NCBI GenBank assembly: GCA_963785725.1
Contig: CAWAWS010000015.1
Span: 320,001-384,000, forward strand
Direction: 5' to 3'
DNA: 64,000 bases
From: an uncultured delta proteobacterium
GTDB lineage: Bacteria; Myxococcota_A; Polyangia; Palsa-1104
Shown: piece by piece, positions 62,058-64,000 of the stretch
Position numbering within the stretch: the first letter of the stretch is position 1
How the letters are laid out: each line of letters starts with the position of its first letter
Notes under the pieces: model-generated
Told to the model about the DNA's origin: nothing
Database searches by the model: none
The model's input: the letters and a program-made list of their open reading frames with translations, nothing else
Program-made: the position numbers and the translations under genes

Positions 62058-63242
62058 TCACCCGGCGACCTCGAGCGCGGCGATGCCGGGCAGCGTCTTG
62101 CCTTCGATGAACTCGAGCGAGGCGCCGCCGCCGGTCGAGATGTGCTTGATGTCGCCGGCGAGGCCCATTTCGTTGACCGCCGCCACCGAGTCGCCGCCGC
62201 CGACGACCGTCAAGCCGCGGCAAGCCGCGACGGCTTTGGCGACCGCCAACGTTCCGGCGGCGAACGGCTTCTTCTCGAACACGCCCATCGGGCCGTTCCA
62301 GAAAACGGTGCGGGCGCGGGCGATGCGATCGGCGAACGCCGCCGCGGCGCGCGGTCCGATGTCGAGCGCCATCAACTCCGCCGGCACTGTCGTCGCTGCG
62401 CACGCTCGTGCCCGACGTCGCGTCGAGCCCCGCGGCCGCGATGACGTCTTCGGGCAACACGACATCGACGCTGCGATCTTCGGCGCGCTTCAAGAACGTG
62501 CGCGCGACGGCGAGCTTGTCCTCTTCGACGCGCGACTTGCCGACGTTGCCGCCTTTGGCCTTCAGGAACGTGTTGGCCATGGCGCCGCCGATGAGGAACG
62601 CGTTGACGCGGCCGAGGAGGTTCTCGAGCACGGCGATCTTGTCCGAGACCTTGGCGCCACCGAGGACGGCGATGTACGGCCGCTCGACTTCACCGAGCAG
62701 CTTGCCGAGAAACTGCACTTCCTTTTGCATGAGCAAGCCGGCGCCCTTTTCGGCGATGTACTTGATCATGCCGACCGTCGACGCGTGCGCGCGATGCGCC
62801 GTGCCGAACGCGTCGTTGACGTAGACGTCGGCGTAGGACGCCAGCTGGCGCGCGAAGCGCGTCGTCGTTGGCCTCTTCGCCCGGGAAAAAGCGCAGGTTC
62901 TCGAGCAGCGCCACGTCGCCGTCGCGCAGATCGTTGACCACTTTGCGCGCGCCGTCGCCGACCGCTTCGTCGGTGAGCAGCACCTCTTTGCCGAGCAGCT
63001 CGGCCAGGCGAACGCCTACCGGCTCTAGCGACAACGCCGGCGTCGGACCCTTGGGACGGCCGAGGTGCGACGCCAAGAATCACGCGCGCGCCGCGCTTGA
63101 CCGCCTCTTGAATCGTCGGCAGCGACGCCTTGATGCGCGAGTCGTCGGCGACGCCACGCGCGGGCGTCAGCGGCACGTTGAAGTCGACGCGAATGAAGAC
63201 CCGCCTGCCCTCGATGGGCAGGTCGGAGATGGACTTGATCAT
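62058..63242 (-). CDS. pgk: Phosphoglycerate kinase (apparent frameshifts near 63072, 62857, 62398)
   Basis: [67 protein letters not shown]. Confidence 0.95.
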
Positions 63243-63268
63243 GACGACCTCGCCAGCTGGGAAAGTGT

Positions 63269-64000
63269 TTAGAGGCCCTTGTTGGCGACGTACTTGGTCA
63301 GCTCGTAGAGCCGCGTGGCGTAGCCGGTCTCGTTGTCGTACCAGGCCACGACCTTGGCCAAGTCGCCGATGACGATCGTCGACTGCAGATCGACCGAGGC
63401 CGAGTGCGCGTCGCCGTTGAAGTCGATCGAGACCAGCGGCTCGTCGCTGACCGCGAGCACGCCCATGTACGAAGGATTCGCCGCCGCCTTCTTGAAGGCG
63501 TCGTTGATCGCTTCCTTCGTCGCCGGCTTCTCGGTGCGCACGGTCAAGTCGACCATCGACACGTTCGGCGTCGGCACGCGCACGGCGAAGCCATCGAGCT
63601 TGCCCTTGAGCGCCGGCAGGACCTCCGACAGCGCCTTGGCCGCGCCCGTCGTCGTCGGAATCTGCGACATCGCCGCCGCGCGCGCGCGCCGCAGATCCTT
63701 GTGCGGGACGTCGAGGATGACCTGATCGTTGGTGTACGAGTGCACCGTCGTCATGAGGCCGTGCACGATGCCGAACGTCTCGTGCAGCACCTTGGCGACC
63801 GGCGCCAGGCAGTTGGTCGTGCACGACGCGTTGGAGATGATGTGGTGCTTCTTGGCGTCGTAGGACTCGAAGTTGATGCCGATCGCCAGCGTCACGTCGT
63901 GGCCCTTGGCCGGCGCCGAGATGAGCACCTTCTTGACGCTGCCCGAGACGTGCTGCTTGGCCTTGTCGCCGTCGGTGAAGCGGCCCGTCGCCTCGATGAC
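63269..64000 (-). CDS. gap: Glyceraldehyde-3-phosphate dehydrogenase, 3' part
   Basis: [52 protein letters not shown]; 5' end is outside the window. Confidence 0.97.
   Translation of the reverse strand, partial: VIEATGRFTDGDKAKQHVSGSVKKVLISAPAKGHDVTLAIGINFESYDAKKHHIISNASCTTNCLAPVAKVLHETFGIVHGLMTTVHSYTNDQVILDVPHKDLRRARAAAMSQIPTTTGAAKALSEVLPALKGKLDGFAVRVPTPNVSMVDLTVRTEKPATKEAINDAFKKAAANPSYMGVLAVSDEPLVSIDFNGDAHSASVDLQSTIVIGDLAKVVAWYDNETGYATRLYELTKYVANKGL

Noticed and set aside
62058..63242. Programmed frameshifting or pseudogene status for pgk and the cob genes
   Set aside because: No slippery heptamers noticed, several shifts per gene, and intact motifs; sequencing error is more parsimonious

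Overview
High-GC (roughly 70% by eye) bacterial window, probably Myxococcota/Polyangia-like. This is an inference from the myxobacterial-type PilZ proteins, Cys-rich lipoproteins and sigma-54 promoters. Bases 1-20 kb hold a large cobalamin biosynthesis cluster: cobS, cobU, a cobalamin riboswitch, then a coupled operon cbiX::ferredoxin, DUF3209-like, FNR-like, HutX-like, cbiD, cbiC, cbiET, cbiL, cbiG, cbiH, unknown, cbiF, cobA-hemD, cobO, cbiA, cbiZ, cbiB, cobD, cobQ, bluB::cobT. No cbiJ/cobK is visible. Bases 20-52 kb hold mixed accessory and housekeeping genes: PilZ proteins, lipoproteins, a GH5, DAGK, pssA, Fpg-like, yggU/proC, a three-gene proline/sarcosine-dehydrogenase-like module facing pruA, a radical SAM enzyme, yggS, maf, recD2 and a PHP hydrolase. 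Bases 52-64 kb hold yebC-ruvC-ruvA-ruvB, three non-coding repeat arrays (19-bp x12, ~57-bp hairpin unit x15, ~75-bp unit), GNAT, a receiver protein, a metallophosphoesterase and secG-tpiA-pgk-gap. Three observations stand out. (1) Every gapped co-directional junction whose upstream stop lies in RTGA is bridged by a tiny ORF that overlaps both neighbours. (2) A covarying hairpin array lies behind ruvB. (3) Uncharacterised redox and tetrapyrrole-binding genes sit in a cbi operon that lacks cbiJ. The many frameshifts in conserved genes look like sequencing indels. All product calls come from motif recognition; no database searches were run.
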